Assembly: GCA_965231085.1 (NCBI GenBank)
Contig: OZ246413.1
Span: 475,234-539,233 of the forward strand
Origin: an uncultured Candidatus Saccharibacteria bacterium
GTDB lineage: Bacteria; Patescibacteriota; Saccharimonadia; Saccharimonadales; UBA10212
DNA: 64,000 nt
Direction: 5' to 3'
Below the pieces are notes generated by a model. It was not told where the DNA came from. It was given only the letters and a program-made list of their open reading frames with translations, and made no database searches. Within the stretch, counting starts at the first letter, position 1; each line of letters opens with the position of its first letter. Positions 51,548 through 59,725 of the stretch are shown here, one piece after another. Both the position numbers and the translations under genes were made by a program.

Positions 51548-52166
51548 GCTGCTCAATTACTGGGACTTCTGGTTGCAGAACTTCAGCTCTAGCACCGGCA
51601 GCCTGTTTGATTACATCTTCAATCCAATGGTAGTGAGTACACCCTAGAACGATTTCATCAGCACCTTGCGCTATAACTTCATTGACTGTTTTTGCGACTT
51701 TTTCGCGGTCTAAGCTGTTGTTTTCTATAAGGTATGACCAATCACTACAATCAGGCTCGACCACTTTTAAGCCAGCGGCATACTCTTTTTTAAGCCAAGC
51801 ATACCGCTCGCTCGATAAGGTTCTTGGCGTAGCACAAACAGCAATAACCCCTGATTTTGTTCTCTCGCCTGCCGGTTTGACCATCGGTTCCATGCCTACT
51901 AGAGGAACTGTTATTTCTTCGCGAAGCTTAGCAATGAGGTTGGTTGTAACCGTATTACAGGCAATGACTATGACTTCACAGCCTTCAGCTACAAGCTGAT
52001 TCAGTATTGGTGTTACAAAACTATGAATCTCTTCTATCGGTCTATTGCCGTAGGGCACATGTTTCTCATCATTTTTAAAAATCACATTGGCCATTGGTAG
52101 CTCTTTTTGGATAGCCAAAACAACACTCAAACCACCAACGCCACTATCGAAAACACCTATCTTCAT
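51519..52166 (-). CDS. murI: glutamate racemase (short, 215 aa)
   Basis: VFDSGVGGLSV, catalytic Cys motifs IACNT and LGCTHY. Confidence 0.8.
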   Translation of the reverse strand: MKIGVFDSGVGGLSVVLAIQKELPMANVIFKNDEKHVPYGNRPIEEIHSFVTPILNQLVAEGCEVIVIACNTVTTNLIAKLREEITVPLVGMEPMVKPAGERTKSGVIAVCATPRTLSSERYAWLKKEYAAGLKVVEPDCSDWSYLIENNSLDREKVAKTVNEVIAQGADEIVLGCTHYHWIEDVIKQAAGARAEVLQPEVPVIEQLKRVLRPLA

Positions 52167-52957
52167 CTGCTTGCGGCCCTAATTACGTTTTCAAAAAGAG
52201 CACAGACAGTCAGCGGGCCAACTCCGCCCTTTTTTGGAGTAATAGTCAGATCTTCCCGCTCGTAGACATCTGGCGCTAAATCGCCTACCGTTTTACCGGA
52301 TTCGCTGGCAACCCCAGCATCAACCACGACTGCACCGTGTTTTATCATATCTGCATACAAAACTGCTGGGCTGCCGGTAGCGGTAATAATTACGTCGGCT
52401 TTTTTTACGTGTCCGGCTATATCTTTAATCGTCCTATCAATAACTTCGACCGTGTATCCTGATTTTTTTAATATTTTCTCAAGTGGCGCGCCAACTAATT
52501 TACCCCGCCCAACTAGCAATATGCTCTTGTCTTTCAGCTCAACGTTGTAGCCGCTAAGCAACCAAAGAATGGCGTTAGGTGTTGCTGGGTCAAAATCGGG
52601 ACTGTCCCCAAGCGCATCGACATCCTTGGCCGCACTAACCAAATTGACAATTTTATTGGTTTCGGACACATCATTCAGGGGTAACTGAACAATTATGCCA
52701 TGCACCGAATCATCCTTGTTTAATTTGTTTAGTACCTCCGGCAGATCCACTTGTTCTGGGGTATATATTTCTACGCTTACTCCGATATCCGTACCATACT
52801 GCTTTTTTAATCTGACGTAGGTATTAATGACCGGATCGTCCTTAACTTGAACAATGGCAAGCTTGGGAATAATTTTATTGGCCCTAAGAGTCCTCACTTG
52901 CTTAGCGTGACGTTCTTTTATATAACCGGCTAATTCGGAACCGTTCAAAATTTTCAT
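52163..52957 (-). CDS. folD: bifunctional methylenetetrahydrofolate dehydrogenase/cyclohydrolase
   Basis: VQLPLN, GRGKLVGAPL, PKKGGVGPLTV. Confidence 0.9.
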   Translation of the reverse strand: MKILNGSELAGYIKERHAKQVRTLRANKIIPKLAIVQVKDDPVINTYVRLKKQYGTDIGVSVEIYTPEQVDLPEVLNKLNKDDSVHGIIVQLPLNDVSETNKIVNLVSAAKDVDALGDSPDFDPATPNAILWLLSGYNVELKDKSILLVGRGKLVGAPLEKILKKSGYTVEVIDRTIKDIAGHVKKADVIITATGSPAVLYADMIKHGAVVVDAGVASESGKTVGDLAPDVYEREDLTITPKKGGVGPLTVCALFENVIRAASR

Positions 52958-53007
52958 CTACACCTCATATTATCAAACCCTGACAGATTTTTATTGCTGA
53001 ATGAGTC

Positions 53008-53631
53008 CTATACTTTGTCAGTAAAGACCACAAGCCGGCCGGAATAACTTTTTTGCTCTTGGTCCCAGGCGCCCTGGCAGGTAATTAAGTTTAGGCGTGC
53101 TTTGCTGTCGGCTAGTCCAAATATTGACGAAGTATCATCCTTGTTGCTAAAAACCCTAAGTTCACGAACAACAAAATTTATATTCACCCCGAGATCATCT
53201 ATTACTGTCAGAACGTCCCCGGTTTGCAGCTTGTGCAGATTATCAAATACTGCGGGGATATTGTTTTCATAACCAAAGTGACCATCAATGACAGCGCTAC
53301 CCATTTGTCCAGGAACTGGCCCCCAAGCGAACCAGCCGGCATTAGCAGGAACTTTAGGCGCTTTCAATATTCCGTTTGGTCCCAGCACGACATAATCTAG
53401 TGAAGCATCTACGTTAATAACGGGAATAACAATCCTAGCTGGGTAGCTCGGGATTGATTCAGTTATCTTTGGCGTTGTCGGCAATGCAGTTTTCTCAGCC
53501 GCCAAGACCTGCTGCGTACTATGGTCGGGTTTGCCGAGAAGCACAGACGCAATAACTAAACTGCTGAGGATTGTGCCCACTCCGATACTCAAAATAAGCT
53601 TTTGTGTCGATAACCATTTTAACTTGCTCAT
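53008..53631 (-). CDS. sortase-family transpeptidase
   Basis: N-terminal TM, His region VIDGHF, catalytic Cys motif LNLITCQG. Adjacent to an LPXTG substrate gene. Confidence 0.8.
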   Translation of the reverse strand: MSKLKWLSTQKLILSIGVGTILSSLVIASVLLGKPDHSTQQVLAAEKTALPTTPKITESIPSYPARIVIPVINVDASLDYVVLGPNGILKAPKVPANAGWFAWGPVPGQMGSAVIDGHFGYENNIPAVFDNLHKLQTGDVLTVIDDLGVNINFVVRELRVFSNKDDTSSIFGLADSKARLNLITCQGAWDQEQKSYSGRLVVFTDKV

Positions 53632-53679
53632 AGTCTGTTTACTGCTTTGTAATCAGCTCGAGCCCATGGCTTAGCCGAA

Positions 53680-54606
53680 TTAACGAGACTGATTTTTCCG
53701 TACTAGGTAAACCAACGCGATACTCAACACAATCCCGGCAGGAATAGCGAACATGGAAGATATGCCATGATTTACCTGTGGGGCAAGGCCCGTGTTTGGC
53801 AGTTTTGCGCTAGCGGCCGTAGCAGCCGCGGCAGCAGCTATAGCGGCTGCCGAGCAAGTTGCTTTAGTTACAGTGGTTTTGTTTAGAATAACGTCTGCGT
53901 TCCTAGCCAGAAGCCTACCGTTAATAGTTGAGCTGCCGTTGTCAGTAATCGAAGTTAGTGCCAAGACGTTACCGACAAATGTTGAACCTGTTCCAAATGT
54001 CACAGAACTTGTAACCTGCCAAAAGACGTTACAAGCCTCGGCTCCGTTGATAAGACGAACCGTGCTACCTGACGCGGTAACAAGGTCCGAACTAGCTTGA
54101 AAAACAAAAACTGCGCCAGCATCACCTTGACCATCAAGTGTCAGAGGACTGGCAGCTGTTATGTTGGCAGTGGTAGCGTGTCCAAAGACATACACTCCCG
54201 GAGTAAGGGTTTGGCCACCAAGTTGGTTGTCGCCTGCTGAAAATGTTGTAGTTACGGGGGTTTTGCCGGCTGCATTCAGATAGGCAGTGGTGAGGTCGTT
54301 TTTAGCTGTAGTTAGCAGCGCAGCATTGTTAACGGAACCGCCAGGCCCCGTGCTATCAACCGCGTATATCGTGCCAGTTACTTCGGCCGAAGTTAAGCCT
54401 GAGTAGAAACTACCAGCTGCGGGGCTAAGACCAACATTTCCCGTAATAACTGAGCTCGGAACATCTGTGATGTGCTGACCGGCTAGAACCGCAAAACCGT
54501 CTGCTGTACCAAGCCCAACCGTGGTTACAGCTAAGGCGTGCCCAGCGACTGCGAACAAGAACAACGAACTAAGACAAGTGAACAAAGATTTTTTAAAGAT
54601 TTTCAT
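53680..54606 (-). CDS. LPXTG-anchored DUF3494 (ice-binding-like fold) surface protein
   Basis: Signal peptide, beta-solenoid-type repeats (GTADGFAVLAG...ITGNVGLSPA...CNVFWQV...NGRLLARNA) and a C-terminal LPNTG sorting signal. Confidence 0.7.
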   Translation of the reverse strand: MKIFKKSLFTCLSSLFLFAVAGHALAVTTVGLGTADGFAVLAGQHITDVPSSVITGNVGLSPAAGSFYSGLTSAEVTGTIYAVDSTGPGGSVNNAALLTTAKNDLTTAYLNAAGKTPVTTTFSAGDNQLGGQTLTPGVYVFGHATTANITAASPLTLDGQGDAGAVFVFQASSDLVTASGSTVRLINGAEACNVFWQVTSSVTFGTGSTFVGNVLALTSITDNGSSTINGRLLARNADVILNKTTVTKATCSAAAIAAAAAATAASAKLPNTGLAPQVNHGISSMFAIPAGIVLSIALVYLVRKNQSR

Positions 54607-54812
54607 ATGCTTTATAATAATTATTGAGTTTTTTCAATACCCTTCGTCTTTAAGTTTACTCCTAATTAGTTTTTTATCCTATGAATCTGGGGCTTTATTT
54701 TATTACTTTTATGTTAAATAGTAGGCTACATCAGTCGGCAAATATCATTATTCACGCATCATAAATATCACTTAGGATATAGTTTTCGCTACCCTAGCAC
54801 GATGTAGGTTGG

Positions 54813-55298
54813 CTATTTTAACGCTTTAGTTTTGTGCTCGCGTACGAAGCGATGGTAACCCAGATATAACACGATGATTAGCCCGGTGCTCACCACTCCG
54901 AATGAAAACTTTGAGTTTTCGGCAGCAAAGCTTTGCCCAAGGCTATACATAAGCGTAAAGACGCCACCAAGCAAGACTCCGTCAGCAATTAGTTTCATCC
55001 TTTTTTCATAAAGCAAGCTTGCGGCGAGCAACACTATAGAGGCTACCAAACTGATTATCGATACATTGCGGCTGTATGGCTTCATTTTAGTCATGTACTG
55101 GTCGTTTTGTTTATCAAAATCTTTTTGCTTTGCAATTTGCTCAGTCGTCAGTTCCTTGCCATAAGTGTTGAGTTCTGTTGGGTAGGTTGGCGCTTTTGGC
55201 CCAGTGTAGAAGGTGCTAATTCCCATCCCTACAAATATTGCTAAAAGTAATCCTAGAAAAAATGTATAGGCCAGCTTGAGTATTTTATTGTCTTCCAT
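54813..55298 (-). CDS. membrane protein, unknown function
   Basis: About 161 aa from the ATG at 55298 with 4 hydrophobic helices. The track ORF's N-terminal extension would overlap the upstream gene. Confidence 0.5.
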   Translation of the reverse strand: MEDNKILKLAYTFFLGLLLAIFVGMGISTFYTGPKAPTYPTELNTYGKELTTEQIAKQKDFDKQNDQYMTKMKPYSRNVSIISLVASIVLLAASLLYEKRMKLIADGVLLGGVFTLMYSLGQSFAAENSKFSFGVVSTGLIIVLYLGYHRFVREHKTKALK

Positions 55299-55351
55299 GC
55301 TGTTAAGTGTATGCTTGGGTATTGAATAATTCAATAAGGTTGGCGAGCTTG

Positions 55352-55645
55352 TCAGACAGCACCATGCAACAAGATTCCAAGAATGATAACCGCGTAAACT
55401 AACAACCATAAGAGCGCCGCAATAATTATGGGCTTGAGCTTATAACTAATGCCGTAAAACAAAAAAATGACTTCAAAAATAATAAATAGGGCATATGAGT
55501 GGATGGATAAATCTCCAGCGCTCTTAGAATTGAATATCTTGAATATCTGAGGCAATGACATTGCCGGATACAAGATCGCTGTACCATAAATGAGTTTATC
55601 TATCACGATGCGTTGCTTTTTGTTATAGCCTTTAGCAGTTTTCAC
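55352..55645 (-). CDS. PQ-loop / SemiSWEET-like three-helix membrane protein
   Basis: 97 aa with PQ motif SLPQIFKIFNSKSAGDLS and three TM helices. GTG start. Confidence 0.6.
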   Translation of the reverse strand: MKTAKGYNKKQRIVIDKLIYGTAILYPAMSLPQIFKIFNSKSAGDLSIHSYALFIIFEVIFLFYGISYKLKPIIIAALLWLLVYAVIILGILLHGAV

Positions 55646-55677
55646 CCCTCCAGAATAACATGTATCGGTGGGGTAGG

Positions 55678-55870
55678 TGGAGGGCCAGGCGGGACTCGGT
55701 CGCCTCCGGCGACCCCCGAACTTCTACCTAGCAAACAAGTTTGCAGGTGAAGGTTCGTTTCCGAACTGCCCCGGCAGTTCTCACCCCCGACGTTCTTTTT
55801 GATATGTCGTGGAAACGAGCCCGCTGCTCATGCCAATGAAAAGACCCCACGCAAGGTGAGGTCATTTCAC
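55678..55870 (-). repeat. 193-bp tRNA-3'-end-linked structured element, copy 2 (downstream of tRNA-Lys)
   Basis: 55678-55698 is identical to the last 21 nt of tRNA-Lys (55871-55891), again at an offset of exactly 193 bp. The core is homologous to 45832-45923 with compensatory helix changes. No ORF. Confidence 0.75.
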
Positions 55871-55947
55871 TGGAGGGCCAGGCGGGACTCGAACCCGCGA
55901 CATTCTGCTTAAGAGGCAGACGCTCTAACCAGCTGAGCTACTGGCCC
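55871..55947 (-). tRNA. tRNA-Lys (anticodon CUU)
   Basis: Hand-folded: acceptor GGGCCAG/CTGGCCC, anticodon arm TCTGC-CTCTTAA-GCAGA, T-arm GCGGG-TTCGAGT-CCCGC, encoded CCA. Confidence 0.85.
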
Positions 55948-56020
55948 GGATAGAACAGATTGCATTTTAGCAATTTTACATCTGTTAGTAAACAGTTCCT
56001 GCCTGTATAATGGCTCTCGC

Positions 56021-56773
56021 ATGGTAGTCACTGGAATCAAAACTCAAATCGTTACACCGGGCTCAATTGAGCTTATTGAGCTTATTGATCAAAGTATCCC
56101 AGAAATTGAAGAGGGAACCATAATAGCTATAACTTCAAAAATAGTTTCCCTATGTGAAGGCAGAGTGGTCAACACAGCTGGTACAGACAAAGAAGAATTG
56201 ATAAAACAAGAGTCCGATTACTTTTTACCCAGCACTTTGAGCGCTTACGGGTATCATTTTACGATCAGAGATAATTCTATGACTTCAGCTGCAGGTATCG
56301 ATGAATCAAACACTGGCGGGTACTACGTTTTGTGGCCCTCCAACCCTCAGAATACCGTTAATAAAGTCAGGGAGCATCTAGCCAATAAATATAATTTAAA
56401 GAACGTTGGCGTAATTATTACTGACAGTACATGCACTCCGCTTAGAAGGGGCACCGTAGGACAAATGCTAGCCTATAGTGGTTTTGAAGCTCTGTCAGAC
56501 TATCGCGGCACTCCTGACTTATTTGGCAGAAAGTTCGAAGTTAGTGTAGCTGGTATCGGAATAGGTTTGGCTTGTGCAGCGGTTTTAGTTATGGGAGAAG
56601 GCACTGAACAGACCCCAATAGTTAAAATAACCAATGTTCCTTTTGTCAAATTCCAAAATCGTAACCCAAATGCCGAAGAATTGGCTTTATCCATCATGAA
56701 TAAACAAGAAGACTTGTTTGAACCATTTCTAAAAACTGTCCCGTGGCAAAAGGGTGGCAGACAAAAGTCTTAA
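56021..56773 (+). CDS. F420-0:gamma-glutamyl ligase (CofE)-family protein
   Basis: 250 aa. N-terminal IAITSKIVSLCEGRVV and the later GIDESN, ITDS segments resemble the CofE/FbiB-N ligase fold. Confidence 0.65.
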   Translation: MVVTGIKTQIVTPGSIELIELIDQSIPEIEEGTIIAITSKIVSLCEGRVVNTAGTDKEELIKQESDYFLPSTLSAYGYHFTIRDNSMTSAAGIDESNTGGYYVLWPSNPQNTVNKVREHLANKYNLKNVGVIITDSTCTPLRRGTVGQMLAYSGFEALSDYRGTPDLFGRKFEVSVAGIGIGLACAAVLVMGEGTEQTPIVKITNVPFVKFQNRNPNAEELALSIMNKQEDLFEPFLKTVPWQKGGRQKS

Positions 56774-56847
56774 ATTATTACCTTACATATTTTCGTGCTA
56801 ATCTGAAAAAGAAGTTCTTTCCCAACTAGGTTTGAGGGAGGTCGAAG

Positions 56848-57540
56848 ATGTCGGTAGATACCGGCGGCGCTGTTATCGATCTCCCGGAGACGGGAAGGTC
56901 GATTCGAGCAACCGCCAACAAGCTGGTTCAGTGGTTCTTGCTGGCGTTCAAGAATGCTTGCAAGAAGCTCTGGCTCCTACTCAAGGCAACGGGACCCCTG
57001 GTCTTGATCTTGCTGGTTCTCAAGATCCCAGATGCAATCGGGCTGGCTGCCGCGGCACGCCACTTCTTCTGGTTCGGGATCCCGGTACCAGCCTTCACTC
57101 CCGAGATGAGGCTGATTCTTTCCCCCCGAATCGAAGTACTCAGTTCGGTGGTAAAGTCGTTGTCGTGGCAGCAGTTCATCATCATCGGAGTAATCCGAAG
57201 GATGGTAGCTGACCCAATCTACTACTACATCGGGAAGAGGGGTGCTAGAGTCATTGCCAGCGATGACTCAACCAGAAGTGGCCGTCTAGCGATCCGTCTC
57301 GAGCATGCAGCACACTGGAAGGTTCTAACAGCCGTTGGCATCTTGACGTTCGCCGAGTCTTTCATCCCAACGGCAATCAGCGTTTTCTTGGTTGCATTCA
57401 ATCCCTACATCTTTGCGGGGACAGCCGAGGTCAAGCTGAAGTGGGTGCTGCTCGTAGATACGCTCGCAAGTATCGCGTTCATGTTGGTCTTCTTCCTGTA
57501 CGGACCAGACCTCGTGAACGCCGTACGGGCACTGCTTTAA
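56848..57540 (+). CDS. 230-aa polytopic membrane protein, GC-enriched cassette F
   Basis: GAGGGAGG lies 6 nt before the ATG. 5-6 hydrophobic helices. Visibly higher GC than flanking genes. Family not recognised. Confidence 0.7.
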   Translation: MSVDTGGAVIDLPETGRSIRATANKLVQWFLLAFKNACKKLWLLLKATGPLVLILLVLKIPDAIGLAAAARHFFWFGIPVPAFTPEMRLILSPRIEVLSSVVKSLSWQQFIIIGVIRRMVADPIYYYIGKRGARVIASDDSTRSGRLAIRLEHAAHWKVLTAVGILTFAESFIPTAISVFLVAFNPYIFAGTAEVKLKWVLLVDTLASIAFMLVFFLYGPDLVNAVRALL

Positions 57541-57564
57541 AAACCTAAGGAGGGAACTTCAAAA

Positions 57565-57588
57565 CTCCAGCCCGTATCTGGGCTGGAG
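57565..57588 (+). terminator. hairpin ending cassette F
   Basis: CTCCAGCCC-GTATCT-GGGCTGGAG, 25 nt after the stop. Only a weak T-tract follows. Confidence 0.45.
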
Positions 57589-57614
57589 CTCCTCCATATT
57601 TATAAACTCAAATT

Positions 57615-57691
57615 TGGTACACCCGGCAGGATTCGAACCTGCGACCCCTTGGTTCGAAGCCAAGTACTCTAATCCGCTGAGCTACGGGTGC
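57615..57691 (-). tRNA. tRNA-Arg (anticodon UCG)
   Basis: Hand-folded: GCACCCG acceptor, anticodon arm CTTGG-CTTCGAA-CCAAG, T-arm GCAGG-TTCGAAT-CCTGC, encoded CCA. Confidence 0.85.
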
Positions 57692-57731
57692 GTATTCGCA
57701 ATTTTAACAGATTGGGACTCAGTTTACGAGA

Positions 57732-58193
57732 CTATTGTTGGTCAGTTTTATTAAGGGTTTCAATTATTGCTTCGGCTATTTTTTGGGCATGTTCACGGCT
57801 CATACCCAGCCTAGCTAAGTTTTTGGGCTTCCCCTCTGTATCGATCTTAAAATTCATTACCAACCCATGGACGCCAGCAACTACGTCTACTGAGTCGGTA
57901 TATAGCACACCTTCTTCTACCTTGTTGTCGGAGTGGATCGTTTTAATGGTGCCGTACCCGGCCATTTCCCAGAGGTGCACAGCTTCCTTTTCCTTAGCCC
58001 CAAAATGGCTGATTAGTAAAAGTAAGATGTCTTCGCTTGGTCTTATTAGACCTTTTTCAATTGTCGCTAGCTGCATAACATCAATCTCCACCGCCCCAGA
58101 AACCTCGACTAGACTTTCCTTAGCCTTAGCTCGCATGGCTTTAAGGTGGCTCCCGAGGTGACTATATGGAGGTTTTTTATGCACTTCACTCAT
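57732..58193 (-). CDS. XRE-family helix-turn-helix protein
   Basis: 153 aa with an N-terminal HTH (LGSHLKAMRAKAKESLVEVSGAVEIDVMQLATIEKG). Confidence 0.65.
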   Translation of the reverse strand: MSEVHKKPPYSHLGSHLKAMRAKAKESLVEVSGAVEIDVMQLATIEKGLIRPSEDILLLLISHFGAKEKEAVHLWEMAGYGTIKTIHSDNKVEEGVLYTDSVDVVAGVHGLVMNFKIDTEGKPKNLARLGMSREHAQKIAEAIIETLNKTDQQ

Positions 58194-58238
58194 TCTTCAT
58201 ATTGTAACATCACCTTAAACCTGTAATTATTATTACTA

Positions 58239-59264
58239 ATGAATACCGAGCAAAATGTTGATCTATCAAAACACAGCACCATGCGGCTTGGTGGCAAAGC
58301 AAAATACCTGTGCGTGGCCGACTCCGAGGAAGATATTGTCGAGTTAGTTAAGTGGGCTAAATCAAAAAACCTAAGGTTTATTGTTATCGGACGAGGTAGC
58401 AATATTATATGGGACGACGCCGGCTTTGATGGCTTAGTGATTGTCGACCAAAACCCTGGCCGCGAAATAGTCGCAGAAAACGAAACATCCATATCGCTTC
58501 GGTTTGGCTCGGGCGAAGACTGGGACGCGGTCGTTGAATGGACGGTCGATAAAGGTCTTTCGGGCTTTGAGTTTTTGTCAGCCATACCAGGAACAGTTGG
58601 AGCTGGACCGGTTCAAAACATTGGGGCTTACGGTGCCGAGCTAGCCGATACTTTAGTGAGTGTTCGAGCTCTTGATACCCAGACTCTAGAATTTGTAGAA
58701 ATTAATAAGGAGGACTGTTCTTTTGGTTATCGAACTAGCCGTTTCAAAACCACCGACAAGGGCAGATATATAATTACTGCTGTCACGGTAAAGTTAAATA
58801 AAACTAATCCTCAGCCGCCATTTTACGAAGCCCTCCAAAAATACTTGGACGCAAACAGAATTACAGAATACACGCCAGCCACTATTCGCCAGGCAGTCAT
58901 TGCTATCCGCAGCAGCAAACTACCGGACCCTAAAATTGTTGCCAATAATGGCTCTTTTTTTACAAACCCAATTATCGATAAAAACCGCTTCGAAGAGCTT
59001 AAGGCAAGATATCCAGGCATAAAAGGCTGGCCCTACCAGGACAAAGTTAAAGTTGCTGCTGGCTGGTTAGTCGAGCAGGCTGGTTTTAAAGGCTTCCATG
59101 ATAAAGAGACTGGTATGGCCACGTACAAAGACCAAGCCCTCGTTCTTGTTAACGAACACGCCAACAGTACGGCCGATCTACTTAAATTCAAGCAAAAAAT
59201 TGTCGATAAAGTCTACGAGATGTTTGGCATAACTCTCGAGCAAGAACCAGAGTTGATAAACTAA
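58239..59264 (+). CDS. murB: UDP-N-acetylmuramate dehydrogenase
   Basis: FAD-binding N-terminus (TMRLGGKAKY, IGRGSNI), C-terminal substrate domain, 341 aa. Confidence 0.9.
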   Translation: MNTEQNVDLSKHSTMRLGGKAKYLCVADSEEDIVELVKWAKSKNLRFIVIGRGSNIIWDDAGFDGLVIVDQNPGREIVAENETSISLRFGSGEDWDAVVEWTVDKGLSGFEFLSAIPGTVGAGPVQNIGAYGAELADTLVSVRALDTQTLEFVEINKEDCSFGYRTSRFKTTDKGRYIITAVTVKLNKTNPQPPFYEALQKYLDANRITEYTPATIRQAVIAIRSSKLPDPKIVANNGSFFTNPIIDKNRFEELKARYPGIKGWPYQDKVKVAAGWLVEQAGFKGFHDKETGMATYKDQALVLVNEHANSTADLLKFKQKIVDKVYEMFGITLEQEPELIN

Positions 59265-59725
59265 TTAGTCTTTATAGAGCCCGGTGCGTGATAGGTAATC
59301 ATAACCTCATCTTGGCCTAGATTTTCGAGAGTATCTTTAACATAAGGTGTAGTTTTATCTGGTAATTTGTTCAATGGGAAAAAATTCATATCATCGGCCT
59401 TATCGGGCTCCATATTTTTAGGCTCACCTTCCCATTTTTGTGCCAAAAAGATATGGCCATAATATGGCTCTTCTTGGTTATGATGATTTTGGTGAATCTG
59501 GACTAGTTTTAAATGTTCTGGCACAACACGAAGGCCAGTTTCTTCGTACAGCTCACGTATTGCCCCCTCTTTTAGGTGTTCCTGGTCGTGCAAATGACCC
59601 GCCGGTAAGTCGTAAAAACCATCTAGCCAGCCGGTGTTGGCGCGTCTCAGCAATAATACCTGATTAGAATCATTTAAAATTATGCAAAAGACGGTTGGCG
59701 TAACTTTTCTTCTTTTTTCTGTCAT
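59261..59725 (-). CDS. NUDIX hydrolase
   Basis: Nudix box GHLHDQEHLKEGAIRELYEETGL. Confidence 0.8.
   Translation of the reverse strand: MTEKRRKVTPTVFCIILNDSNQVLLLRRANTGWLDGFYDLPAGHLHDQEHLKEGAIRELYEETGLRVVPEHLKLVQIHQNHHNQEEPYYGHIFLAQKWEGEPKNMEPDKADDMNFFPLNKLPDKTTPYVKDTLENLGQDEVMITYHAPGSIKTN

Noticed and set aside
57541-57614. Possibility that cassette F is a tRNA-Arg-integrated island with att duplication.
   Set aside because: No copy of the tRNA-Arg 3' end (tggtacacccggcagg...) is present at the far boundary near 56780-56850. Only the proximity to the tRNA is reported.
58190-58585. 131-aa minus-strand ORF.
   Set aside because: It is fully antisense to the well-supported murB gene and has a low-complexity Ser/Pro-rich product.
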